The position numbers and the translations under genes were made by a program. Below, one piece after another: positions 11,410-24,084 of a DNA stretch of 64,000 nucleotides. The number at the start of each line of letters is the position of its first letter. Position 1 is the stretch's first letter. Source of the DNA: Octopus vulgaris. Taxonomy: Eukaryota. The DNA is taken from the NCBI GenBank assembly GCA_951406725.2, contig OX597816.1:102486001-102550000 (forward strand), read 5' to 3'. Below the pieces are notes generated by a model. It searched no databases, was not told the DNA's origin, and saw nothing but the letters and a program-made list of their open reading frames with translations.

Positions 11410-14359
11410 ACATCAGAGGACTGCAAACACTCAGTAACAGGACAAAAATCCCGTTCCTGAGAGATTTTGTTGCATGCAATCAAGCCTTATGCATAGCACT
11501 AACGGAAACGCACCTGAAACCGGATATAGCAGATGCGGAGTTACACATACCACAGTATGCTGTACTACGGACCGACAGGAAAGAAAGGAGTCGTGGAGGT
11601 GTTGCTATGTACATCCGTGAGGACCTCACACCGCAGGTCCTCTTGTCATACTCAAACTCGGTGTGTGACACACTAATTGTACATATTAGGCAACTTGATG
11701 TAGTTGTGTGTGCTACATACCGCCCTCCAGATGCCCCAAGCCATGTAGGCAAGTTTGAAGACTGCCTTATAAAAATAGAAGACGTTCTAACCACATTAGA
11801 ACAACACATAAGTGTACTTCTTATGGGAGACTTCAATCTGCCAAATGTCAGATGGCCCGAGGGCCTTTCTCTCCCAGGAATGACAAGATGTGAACGAGGA
11901 CAGGCGAGGTCCCTCCTGAACCTCATCAACACCCTGTACATGGAGCAGGTAATACTCCAACCAACCAGGGCAGGTAACACACTGGATCTCTGCTTCACAA
12001 ATGACATGGATCTCATCCATAATGTGAAAGTGACACCGACACTACTCTCGGATCACAACATGATAGAGCTGACCATGTACGGGCCAAAAGAGAGCACGGA
12101 CATGCAGCCTACAAGAAACCCTCAAAATCTTTCCAGCTTGAACTACCATAAGGCAAACTGGAAACAAATTGAGAAAGAGATCCTCAAACAAAACTGGCCT
12201 AAATGTCTCTCCTCGCCAGACATCGACGTGAAACTTCAACAATTCATGTCTGTAATGCAAGCCATATGCTACAAATGTGTCCCAGAGAGAAAGGCCACTG
12301 TACACAAGAACAAAATCCCCAGAGAGAGAGGAAAATTTTAATGAGACGGCGTACGAAATTTTCAAATCGCCTAAACAAACAGATTGAAAGCAGTGAAAAG
12401 TCCCGCCTAAAAATAAAACTGTTGGAAATCGAAAAATGTCTGCAACTCTCCCATGAAAAAGAAAGAGCAGACAAAGAAGCCTGGGCTATAGAAAACATAA
12501 AATCTAACCCCAGAGCTTTCTACAGGTATGCCAAAGAAACAGCTACAGTGCACTGTAGAATAGGGCCACTCCTCGAAAAGGATGGCACACTTACAGGAAA
12601 ACCAATGAGGGTAAGTGAAATACTGAATGAGCAATTCAAGAGTGTTTTCACTCCACCCCTTGGGCATCTCCAAATCACCAATCCAACTGACTTTTTTACC
12701 ACTGCAGATATAAAATCAGAGGCGGCGACGATAGATTACATCGATATAAAGGAAGACGATGTAACCAAGGCTATAGATGAAATGAAAACAGACTCAGCTA
12801 CTGGCCCCGATGGATTCCCGGCAATCCTCCTAAAAGCATGTAAGAGAGTCCTAGCAAGACCACTGCAGTTCCTCTTTCAGAGCTTCCTTGCAGCTGGCAA
12901 ACTTCCAGGAAAACTGAAGGAAGGTAAAATATGCCCCATTCATAAAGGAGGTAGCAGAGCGGAAGCCAAGAACTATAGACCTATCTCTCTGACCTCACAC
13001 ATCAGCAAGGTCATGGAACGAATAGTCAGAAGGAAGCAGATCACCTTCCTTGAAGAAAATGACTTGCTGCCCGACACCCAACATGGTTTCCGACCAGGGA
13101 GAAGCTGTTTAACTCAGCTCCTACAACACTATGACTGGGTGCTGAAACGGCTGCTCAACCACTCAAATGTGGAAGTGATATATCTCGACTTTGCAAAGGC
13201 CTTTGATAAAGTCGATCATGGAATGATATGTCACAAACTGCGTGATCTCAACATAGTTGGAAAACTGGGAGAATGGCTTCATGACTTTCTGAAGGATAGA
13301 AGTCAGGTGGTAGTAGCCAATGGGGCCACCTCCATTAACACACAAATAGTGAGCGGTGTTCCGCAGGGCACTGTTCTGGGACCACTACTGTTCATAATGG
13401 CCCTCTCAGACATGCCCTCAGCCACGCAGAGAGCCACGATCACAAGTTATGCAGATGATACAAAAGTTTCACAGGCAATACAGAACCCTGAGGACACTAA
13501 ACACCTGCAATGTGAGCTGGACGAAATATACAAGTGGGCTGAAAAGAATAGCATGCAGTTCAATGCTGGGAAGTTTCAAGCTTTATACTATCAGCATGCA
13601 AAACTGAATGCAATACCCAATGAATACACTGGACCCGGAGGGATTGCAATCCCAGAGGCACAATCAGTGCGTGACCTGGGTATTCACATGAGTGATGACG
13701 CGACCTTTCATGTATATGTTGCTAAACTGACAATGAAATGTAGACGGCTGGCTGGATGGATTCTTAGAACCTTTAGAACAAGAGAACAAGAAACCATGAT
13801 GATCCTCTGGAAGACACTTGTCCTAAGCCACTTTGACTATTGCTCTCAGCTATGGTCACCATCCAGTGTCAAGTTGATGACAGAACTTGAGGCGATCCAA
13901 CGAAGCTACACGAAGAAGATAGCCTCTATGCAGAATGTAAGCTACTGGGAAAGACTCAAGAGATTAAAATTATATTCCCTGGAGCGTAGGCGGGAAAGAT
14001 ATGCCATAATATACATCTGGAAGATCCTGGAGGGAAGTGTCCTGAACTTTGGCATCGAGAGTTACGCAAATGCCAGAACTGGGCGCCACTGCGTGGTGCC
14101 TAGGACTCCAAACCTGCCATCAAGATGTAGGACAAGATTCTGTGATAGCCTGGGCTTCCGAGGCCCACAGCTCTTCAATATCCTCCCGAAGAACCTGAGA
14201 GACCTGCATGGGGTGGATACAGATGTCTTTAAAATGAAGCTGGATCTCTTCCTGTCAGGTGTCCCAGATGAACCAACTTCACGGCAGGAGGGGTAGATGA
14301 GGGCAGCTGCATCGAACTCTCTCATGCACCAAATAGCAGTTGCTAGAAAGCCTTCATGA
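11397..14359 (+). pseudogene. LINE ORF2 (AP endonuclease plus reverse transcriptase) with one frameshift and a probable late nonsense codon
   Basis: NIRGL, LTETHL, YRPP, GDFN, TLDL, SDH; then NYRPISL, QHGF, YLDFAKAFD, GVPQG, YADD (13448-13459). Frame switches in (AG)5 at 12321-12330; TAG at 14294-14296 is followed in frame by MRAAASNSLMHQ. Confidence 0.92.
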
Positions 14360-14455
14360 AGTGAAACCAAGTAGCAACACCAAATGGCGGTGCCCCAGCA
14401 TGGCCACAGCTCATAAGCTGAAACTAGAATCAATCAATCAATCAATCAATCAATC

Positions 14456-14768
<313 letters not shown>

Positions 14769-14774
14769 ACACAA

Positions 14775-15800
14775 CCAAAGCATTCTATAGGGGTTTAGTG
14801 GAGGGGAGGTACGACGACGAGCTCGGGGCGAACCTGGACGTCGACGAGGAGTACCTGACCCGCCTGTTCAGGACGACTTTCGGGCCAGGGCCCATGGACA
14901 ACTTCCAGAGATCCCTGGCCTGGCAGTGCTACCGAGAAGCGCTACCCGTTCGGGATAAGCTCTACAGACACGGCTCGAGAAACACGGGGCCGACCTGCCC
15001 GAGATGCGGTCAGAGCGACGAAACCGTTCTGCACGCACTCGTTCAGTGTCCAACAATTTCCGACCTGTGGGCTTATGTCGAACAACTGCTGTCACGTGTG
15101 GGACGAGTCGGTTTATCAGCTGAGTCTATCGTCAATATTGTCACGCCTCCTTCCTCCAAACGGGAAGGAAGAGCTATTTTCATCATCCTTGTGGCTATGG
15201 CGAAGGAATGTATCTGGTGGACGCGTCTGAAAGGATTGGAGACAAACACTTTCCTCTCTGGTCAATCTCTCATCAACTTCTTCAAGTACCACTTGAAAAG
15301 GAAAGTGAGAGTAGAGAGGCAAGTTTTGTCTAGCGAATGTTTTAAAAAGATGGGTGAATGTAGCAAGAATGGCACGTATGAATGACGAAGCCACCTTGAG
15401 CATAGTCCTATGAACCCAGAAATCGAAAACAGAGAGTTGCTTATTTGCAAAAAAAAAAAAAAAAAAAAAAAGAAATATAAAATGTGACTTCATTGACCGA
15501 GGTTACCGTGGTCTTTTCCGTAGGCTTTTCTTTCCACGGGTAAACCTCACCTGTCCTCCCCTTTACACTTCATATTGACATTTCTGTGATAACGATCCCT
15601 ATTGATCATTTTTTTTTTTCCTCTCCCCCTTTTTTAACCCCCCTTTTTTTTGTCCTCTTTCTCTCCTTTTAAGATCCCTTTTGATCGAAACTCCCCCTTC
15701 CTTTTTTTTTTTTTTTTTTTTTTAAACCTTCAAAAGAAAAGCTCTACCTTGTAATTTGTTCTATCTGTGTGCAGCCCTGTGTGGCTAATAAAGAAACATA
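14775..15800 (+). mobile_element. 5'-truncated Tx1/L1-clade retrotransposon (C-terminal zinc finger plus pyrimidine-rich 3' UTR)
   Basis: SLAWQCYREALPVRDKL...CPRCGQSDETVLHALVQC...W (zf-RVT-type CCHC); 3' end CAGCCCTGTGTGGCTAATAAAGAAACATA; microsatellites on both sides. Confidence 0.88.
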
Positions 15801-16058
15801 TCTATATCCATACATACATGCATTCATACATAATACATACATACATACGTACATATATACATAATTCATAATAATACATAATACATACATGCATACATAC
15901 ATAAATACATACATACATACATGCATACATAATAGATGCATACATAATACATGCATATATAATACATACATACATAAATACATACATACATGCATACATA
16001 CATAATACATACATACGTAATACATACATACATAATACATACATACATACATACATAC

Positions 16059-16089
<31 letters not shown>

Positions 16090-16218
16090 CATACTTACAT
16101 ACATACATGCATATCTTACTAACATATCTAGCTCGCATAAATTCATAAATTCCAATGAGTTAGAAATCTGTTGTTTTTATATTGGAGGGAAGTATAAGAA
16201 AATTAAAATCACACGACT

Positions 16219-16286
<68 letters not shown>

Positions 16287-16895
16287 ACACAATGATAAAG
16301 AAACCATGCTGAATCTCTTCATGACATCAACTATGTCTGTGAGCTTCTTATCCACACTCCAACCTAACCCGAAAAGATTGCATGAAGGCAGTGCTCTAGC
16401 GTTGTTTTGTCCGCAATGGTTTATGAAAACTAAAGAAATTACATAGATATACACATAAATATATATATAATTTCAATTATAGATTGATTTACATTTAGAT
16501 ATGTGTAGAAAACTGTTTACGTACGCATTCACAAACATTAATCATTCATAGACACGCCACCCTATCTAATACATCTCCTGATATCGTTTTTTACATACCA
16601 CTCTGTTGATATAACGTTCTATATCAACATATATTTATCGCTGAATAAACATATAGGTATACTTATTTATTTATATATTTATTTATATGTGTGTGCTTAA
16701 ACACAAACACAAATGTATATAGATATAGATATAAATGCAAGAATACAGGAATAGAAGTATGAGATGTACAGGCATATATATATAAACAATACTGAAGTAA
16801 AATTGAAAAACACGACAAAATTTTCTCCAAAATGTGACCGCGTGTGTACCATTGGCGATTTTTTTCCTCTGTCTTTGGATCTTTCCTATTCCTAT

Positions 16896-16930
16896 GTTTC
16901 TGACGAAGAGCTCTGCTCGAAACGTTAAAC
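16896..16930 (+). ncRNA. Minimal type I hammerhead ribozyme within a ~250-bp repeat (approx. 16790-17030) ending in (TA)n
   Basis: GTTT-CTGACGA-A-GAGC TCT GCTC-GAAAC-GTT-AAAC: stem I GTTT/AAAC, stem II GAGC/GCTC, palindromic AACGTT stem III. Confidence 0.7.
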
Positions 16931-17027
16931 CCTCCTTCTTTCCTTCCTTCCTGAGCGTCCAATAATACTATATTTGTTCCACGTCCTCGCGTTGTTGTGT
17001 TTTCTCTTTGTGTTTTCATGCTTGGAT

Positions 17028-17106
<79 letters not shown>

Positions 17107-17699
17107 AACTATTTGGACTTTGGGTATGTCTATTAGTATGTCGATAAGCATATTCTCCATTTGGACTACCTGATGTCATCCACAGTAATGATATAATTTT
17201 CACTGGATCTACGCCAGGAAACACTGTATGTGTGTGTGTGTGTGTGTGTGTGTATACATACATACATACATATATAAATATTACTAGCAGTAATACTCGT
17301 CGTTGATCGGGTAATTACTTTTACTATTTCTCAGGAGACACATTTACAGTATTATTATATATATATAATTTACTCTTCCTGTATGTGTGTATTTTTATAA
17401 GAGAAAACTATGTAATAATTGAAGCAGAAAGAAGATCAGTTTCATACATGAAGCTCCTTAGACAATAATAAATGAGTTGTATGTGTTATTTTATTTATCC
17501 ATACAGTAACGACAATTTTATAATACAGTTCATTTGAATAGGTAATTTAGTCATTCTTGAAGTATTTATATTGAGAAATAAAGAGAGACAGAGAGATAAA
17601 TAGATACATAGGTAGGTAAGTAGGTAGGTAGGTAGGTAGAGAGAGAGAGGAGGAGAAAGAGAGGGAGAGCAGGACTAGACTCCAAAATGTGATGGCAAC

Positions 17700-18900
17700 A
17701 AGTTACAACTTTGTTACACGTTTTGCCGGTAAACCAGAAGCCAGCAAGCATGATTTTCTTTAATCGTACCGGATAGTTGTTGCTTACAAAAGTAAAACGT
17801 GAAATATACGCGTGCACACACGCATACGCGCACACACACAACTCCCCCCACACATATACAACCCCCCCACACACACATCGAAACCAGCACATATTCATAT
17901 GCTTCTGTAGAGTTTCCTGCTTCAATGCAGAAAAAGCCGAAGCTATAGAATAAATTACTTCAGAATAGCAAATCCGGTTGTATAACAGATCTTCCATTTT
18001 TACGGGAGACAGCTGGCAAGAGGATACATACATATGTTCTACATTTGAATTTATAGCTTTGATTTTTAAAATTGGATGTTATGGTTCACCTCTCCATCCA
18101 CACGGAAACCGGAATTTTGGAATGTAATTTTATTCCAGATGCGTTTTTCACGGTTCGAAGTAGTGCTGGAATTCTTGCAAAATGATGCCTTTTAGCGCCT
18201 CCTTTTTTTCTTCGCCTCTTCCAGATCTGCAATTTACGTTGCACCGACTTTCATCACCACTGATGACCTTCGAAAAAAGGTCCGGATCAACTAACTTCCA
18301 ACTGTTCTTTCAGTTCACGACATATATCTTACTCGTGACTACTTTTGATCCTCTGTGAACAAGCGAGGCGCAAGTTTTGCTGCAACTTTTTTTATTCGCA
18401 ATTCCGCGCTCAGAATTCGTTGGCAGGAGCTCCAAGATACACCAATCAAATCAAGAATTTCGGCAATTGTTCAGTGACAGTTCTCCAAGATGAGTTTATA
18501 AATTTTCATTCGTACGGTGGTCAACGATTGCCCTGAACAAGGTTGTCTTCAAGTGGCAAGTGTCTTCAAGCGATTAGAATGGTCACTTGTCCTCAAGCAA
18601 CAAGTGACCATTCCTAAAGCGTGAAAAGCATTCGTAAACTTCTGTTTTACTTATGACAGCGTACTTGCAAGCTGTTTAAAGCACGACAACTGTCTCAGCT
18701 GCCGTTTTCCCCAGAATTTCACGGATGCACGCTGTTCTTTCGTTTCAGCCATCACAAATATCGACGAATAGGGGAGAAGAACTGCAAAACAAAGTCATAT
18801 ACACGAGTGAGTGGACAAACGAAAGAAGGTCACTCAACAAATTTATTTGGAGTTACATGTATGGATAAAACAGTTTGATTCAAATTCATTGGTACTTTTT
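17700..18900 (-). mobile_element. Degenerate mariner transposon
   Basis: Minus-strand APRLFTEDQK (WVPxxL-like) near 18345-18372 and ISGDESRC (first catalytic Asp, TGDExW) at ~18241-18264. Confidence 0.7.
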
Positions 18901-18965
18901 TGTGTACTCGGAAATTCAAAAGTAACAACGAATTTGTATCAAACTTTTGATCCATATATATATAT

Positions 18966-19191
18966 CATACATATAAGAGGGGTGACCACTATGTGGTCAT
19001 CCATATGCTAGAAGCAGATCCGCTATGGTCTTACCACTAAGAAAGGAATATTCTCAAGAAAGTTTTAGCAAACGCCAGAAATTTTCTTGCTAAAATTTTC
19101 TTGAGAATATTCCTTTCTTAATGGTAAGACCATAGCGGATCTACTTTAGCATATGGATGTCGACGTAGTGGTCATCCCTCTTATATGTATG
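18966..19191. repeat. Long inverted repeat (fold-back), ~105-bp arms, ~15-nt spacer
   Basis: CATACATATAAGAGGG...TTTTAGCAA mirrors TTGCTAAAA...CCCTCTTATATGTATG. Confidence 0.93.
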
Positions 19192-19974
19192 TAATATAAT
19201 TTTTCTGTAGTTATATAATTTTTCTGTAATATAATTTTTCTGTAATATAATTTTTCATCAGATTTCAATATGCTAGACCACTGGTTTTAAATTGATATTA
19301 ATCAAATTAATATTCAATTTTTCACCCTCATTATTTTAAATTTAAATTTTTATATATACATATCTATATACATATATGTGTGTGTTTGTGTGTGCGCGTG
19401 TACTATCCCATATATTTGAGCTTTCAAGTCAAGAAACAAGCACACACACACACACATACTTACACACATATATAATTTGATTGACGGTAACGAAATCTGA
19501 CGGCTACTTCCACTAGTGCCAGGTTATAAGTGCTATAAATATATCAATTACATTTAGGGTTCACTGAAAAGAACATGTTAGTGTATCGTTGGTCGAGGTC
19601 CTTTGTCAACAAAGAAATGATTTATGTGCAGGTTAGCAGTAAAATTTCCTGTTCAATCTATACATTTGAGTATGTTTCCACCTGATAAGATGTTGCAGGG
19701 CTTGCTATCAAAGATTTCCTCAAGCATACACTGTTGCTATCAATAATGCCATGTATTTTGATTTGCCTTCGTTGTTGTTTTTGTTGTTCTTGTCGTGGTT
19801 GATGCGAGCTAGCAAAGGAATCTGCCCTGTTAAGCTTACAAATCAAATCCCTTTGAAACCATATTTTGCTATCTTAAAGAAAGAACAACATATTGGTCTT
19901 TACTCTTTCGATATTCTGCCATTGCTTGCAGCTCAACCGTGCACATGTTATCGTGTTTTATTATTGCTATTATT

Positions 19975-20411
19975 AAGGTGGCAAGCCGACAGAATCGTAA
20001 GCACGCCGGACAAAATGCTTAGTGGCATTTCGTCCGTCTTTACGTTCTGAGTTCAAATTCCGCCTGGGTCGACTTTGCCTTTCTTTCTTTCGGGGTCGAT
20101 AAATTATGTACCAGTCGAATACATGGGTCGATGTGATCAACTATCTTCGTCCACGCAATTCCAGGCTTTGTGCTTATATTAGAAACGATTATTATTATTA
20201 AAGCGGCGATCTTGCAGAATCGTAAGTACGCTGGACAAATTGTTTAGCAGCATTTCGTCTGCTTTTACGTTCTGAGTTCAAATTCCGCTGAATTTGACAT
20301 TACCTTTCATCCTTTCTTGGTTGATGAAAGAAGTGCCAGTCGAGTACTGTGGTTGATGTAATCGACTTACCCCCTACCCCAAGTTGCTGGCATTGTGCCA
20401 AAATTTGGAAG

Positions 20412-20412
<1 letters not shown>
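19975..20412 (+). mobile_element. Two tandem SINE family B copies with (ATT)n tails
   Basis: Each has CAGAATCGTAAG, GTTCTGAGTTCAAATTCCGC, a CCTTTC.T.CTTTC central block and an ATT tail. Confidence 0.85.
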
Positions 20413-20472
<60 letters not shown>

Positions 20473-20845
20473 GAATTCTTTCTATAATAAAGATGTTGGT
20501 TTCTGTCAAAGAAACAAAGTTACTGTTGTGCTTTAGTTAACAAAAAATAAAAAAGGAAAAATTAAGAAAAATACTTTAGAGAAGTCTTACATATCGTTAC
20601 TGTTCCACCTACAAATTTTATTTCTTATTTTATTTCTTGTGTTAGGTGATGACTTTCTTTGCTTGTAAACTATAGCTTTTACAAATTTACGACTTCGATA
20701 TTTAATATCACTGATAAGTATACCGATAATTACAGGTATAAATGTAATTACAGAATTCGGGTAGAGAAACTGTAGGTTTTGAAGCGGTTTAGAAATATAT
20801 CTACAAGCGTGTGTGTCTTTGTATGTGTGTATATTTGCATCTGTG

Positions 20846-21139
20846 GCGGCACAATGGCCCAGTGGTTAGGGCAGCGGACTCGCGGTTTCGATTCCCAGAC
20901 CGGGCGTTGTGAGTGTTTATTGAGCGAAAACACCTAAAGCTCCACGATGTTCCGGCAGGCGATGGTGACGATCACTGCTGTACTCTTTCGCCACAACTTT
21001 CTCTCACTCGTTCTTCTGTTGGCCTGCTCGCTTAGCCAGCGGGGTGGCATCATTTGAAGGTTAAAACAATGCGAAGCGCATTGTGACCAGCGATGCGCAG
21101 CAACATCTGATAGCCTGGTCGGTCACGCTGATCACGGTG
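20846..21139 (+). mobile_element. tRNA-derived SINE family C with intact TSD
   Basis: A box TGGCCCAGTGG, B box TTTCGATTCCC; 15-bp direct repeat ATATTTGCATCTGTG at 20831-20845 and 21140-21154. Confidence 0.88.
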
Positions 21140-21225
21140 ATATTTGCATCTGTGTCTGAGTGTATGCGCATGAGTATTTGTATATGTTCATGTTCATGTA
21201 CACATCTCAGGCTATCAATCATTTC

Positions 21226-21355
<130 letters not shown>

Positions 21356-22152
21356 TATATATACGCATGTCAGTATTAATGTTATATGTCGGAATATAAA
21401 TGTTTCTAACGCACAAGCCTACACGCACACATACACATACACCCAAATATATTTAGACTGAGCGATAGAAGCACACATGCATATAAACAAGTGTGTGTAT
21501 GTGTGCGTGCGTGCGTGTGTTCGTGTATGCGTGTGAGGTGTGTGTGTGTGTGTGCGTGTGTGTGTGCGTGTGTGGCTATATAGCGAGTTTAGATAGTTAG
21601 CTTAGTATGTAGGAGTTTAATATCAACACTAGATACGGCAGAATGACTATAATTATCCCATGCAACTGTCAACTGAGCTCCACACCAAGCGGCCATTACA
21701 GTTCGAGAAAACACTTGAAGCGGCAAAAATTTTAGTGACACTGGGACATATTTTGTGAATCAGAGCTTAATGTTGATGTTGGCGCTGGTTGGTGAAAGGT
21801 TAGTTGTTTAGTTCTAATCAAATCTGATCTTGCACTGGTATAATCAAAAGTGTCCGGACCCCACCAGTCTGTGTTGCACAAGAATTACATTGATCAATGC
21901 ATCTTCATTTGAGATGGTACTGGGTAATTTGAGGAAGATGGAGCTGCTTTTTCTGTCAAGTCAAGCAACGACCAAATAGAAGCTCTCTCATGTTTGTTGT
22001 TGTCGTTGTTGTTGGTGTTGGTGTTGTTGTTGCTGTTGTTGCTGTTGTTGTTGTTGTTCTTGTTCTTCTTCTTCTTGCTGTTACTTTAGTTATTGTTGTT
22101 CTTGCTGCTGTTGTTATTTTAGTTGTTGTAGGAGTGGCTGTGTGGTAAGTAT

Positions 22153-22552
22153 AGGCGCAGAAGTGGCTGTGTGGTAAGTAGCTTGCTTACCAACCACATG
22201 ATTCCGGGTTCAGTCCCACTGCGTGGCACCTTAGGCAAGTGTCTTCTACTGTAGCCTCGGGCCGACCAATGCCTTGTGAGTGGATTTGGCTGATGGAAAT
22301 TGACGGAAGCCCGTCGTATATATGTATATATATATCTACGTGTGTGTATAGGTTTGTGTGTCTGTGTTTGTCCCACCAACATCGCTTGACAACCGATGGT
22401 GGTGTGTTTACGTCCCCGTAACTTAGCGGTTCGGCAAAAGAGACTGATAGAATAAGTACTAGGCCTACAAAGAATAAGTCCTGGGGTCGATTTGCTCGAC
22501 TAAAGGCGGTGCTCCAGCATGGCCGCAGTCAAATGACTGAAACAAATAAAAG
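22153..22552 (+). mobile_element. SINE family A, full-length well-preserved copy in a (GTT)n tract
   Basis: A/B boxes, CCTTAGGCAAGT, internal TA/TG tract, tail GGCGGTGCTCCAGCATGGCCGCAGTCAAATGACTGAAAC. Confidence 0.9.
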
Positions 22553-23000
22553 AGTTGTTGTTGTTAGGGCAGTGAATTGACAGAATGGTTAGAGCTGTCG
22601 AAGAAGTGCCTTGTGGAATTTATTCCGGTTCTTTACTTTCTAAGTTTAAATCTCAACTTTACCTCCCATATTTTGGGTCAATGAAATAAAGATCCAGTCA
22701 AGTGCTACGGTCAATGGTATCGAATAATAACCTCTTTCCCTCAAAGCTGCTGGCCTTTTATGCATACGTCAGAAACCATTGTTATTGTTATTGTTGTTGT
22801 TTCGGTGGTGAATTGCCAGACTCGTTAGAACGCCAAAAAACTAAAAACAAAACAAACAAAAAAAAATGCATTGCGATTTTTGCTCTCCAAATCCCGGAGG
22901 TCAGTTTTGCCTTTTATTTTTTCAGGGTCAATAAAATAGAGTACCAGTAAAGTACTGGGGTCCTTATAATCGACTTTTCCTCTCCTTTCAAACTTCTGTG

Positions 23001-23045
<45 letters not shown>

Positions 23046-23051
23046 AGTTTT

Positions 23052-23442
23052 AATCCTTTCTACTATAGGCACAAGGCCTGAAATTTGGGGGAAGGGGACT
23101 ATTCGATTATATCGACCTCAGTGTTTCAATGGTACTTAATTTATCGACTCCGAAAAGATAAAAGGCAAAGTCGACCTCGGCGGAATTTGAACTCAGAACG
23201 TAGCAGTAGACGAAATACCTATTTCTTTACTACCTACAAGGGACTAAATACAGAAGAGACAAACAAACGGATTAAACCGAATATATCAACCCCAGTGCGT
23301 AACTGATACTTATTTAATCGACCCCGAAAGGATGAAAGGCAAAGTCGACCTCGGCGAAATTTGAACTCAGAACGTAATGGCAGACGAAATATCGCTAAGC
23401 ATTTCGCCCGGCGCGCTAACGTTTCTGCCAGCACGCCGCCTT
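23052..23442 (-). mobile_element. SINE family B, dimeric (full monomer plus 5'-truncated monomer)
   Basis: Block TATTTCGTCT..TACGTTCTGAGTTCAAATT.CGCCGAGGTCGACTTTGCCTTT occurs twice, each followed by a different tail. Confidence 0.88.
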
Positions 23443-24084
23443 GCATGTCAGTATTAATATTGTATGTCAGAATATAGAAGTTTCTCACATGCGCGTGCGC
23501 ACACACACAGATACACACACACACACACGCACACACACATACATACACAGTCTCACACACACACACACACACACATTTAGACTGAGCGACAGAAACACGT
23601 ATGCACATAAACACTGTTAGAAGCTACTATTGTTGTTAAGCAACTTGGAATAAGGATTGATATAAAAAATTTCAATGTATGCAACAGCTCGTTAGAATTC
23701 TGTCACTTCTTCCCTTACGACTTCTGATGAAACTACATTTTTTAAGGTACTTTTCTGAGTATTTGATGTTAACTTGGAATAATTGTGTACTTTGGTGCCT
23801 AAACAATTATATCATCGAAGACCTTCTAGTCGATAACATTCTATTCCATCTTTCTTCCAGACAGAGTAACCATGTAAGAGCATTATTCAATATATTCTTA
23901 CCATTTAAACCGGCCATATCTGACCCATATTTTCTATCTGCTCTACATTAAAACTGGCCAGATCCACCCTCTCACATTTACCCTAGAATGTCATTTTGAA
24001 AATATACAATGTCTTCATCGAAATCTCAAAGCTACAAGACGATACATAATTCAAAACTAAGTAAATGAATATGCATTACATTTT

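Larger units (their letters stand above)
9545..14455 (+). mobile_element. Near-intact CR1-group LINE (5' repeat array, ORF1, APE-RT ORF2, short 3' UTR, (AATC)n tail); 5' boundary uncertain
   Basis: Two overlapping ORFs, complete APE and RT motifs, LYSLERRRERY C-terminal motif, no RNase H, tetranucleotide tail at 14428-14455; no TSD found. Confidence 0.92.

Noticed and set aside
10574-14433. Antisense and alternate-frame ORFs over the LINE (e.g. 10922-11479, 11480-12016)
   Set aside because: Shadow ORFs of GC-richer coding sequence with no recognisable motifs.
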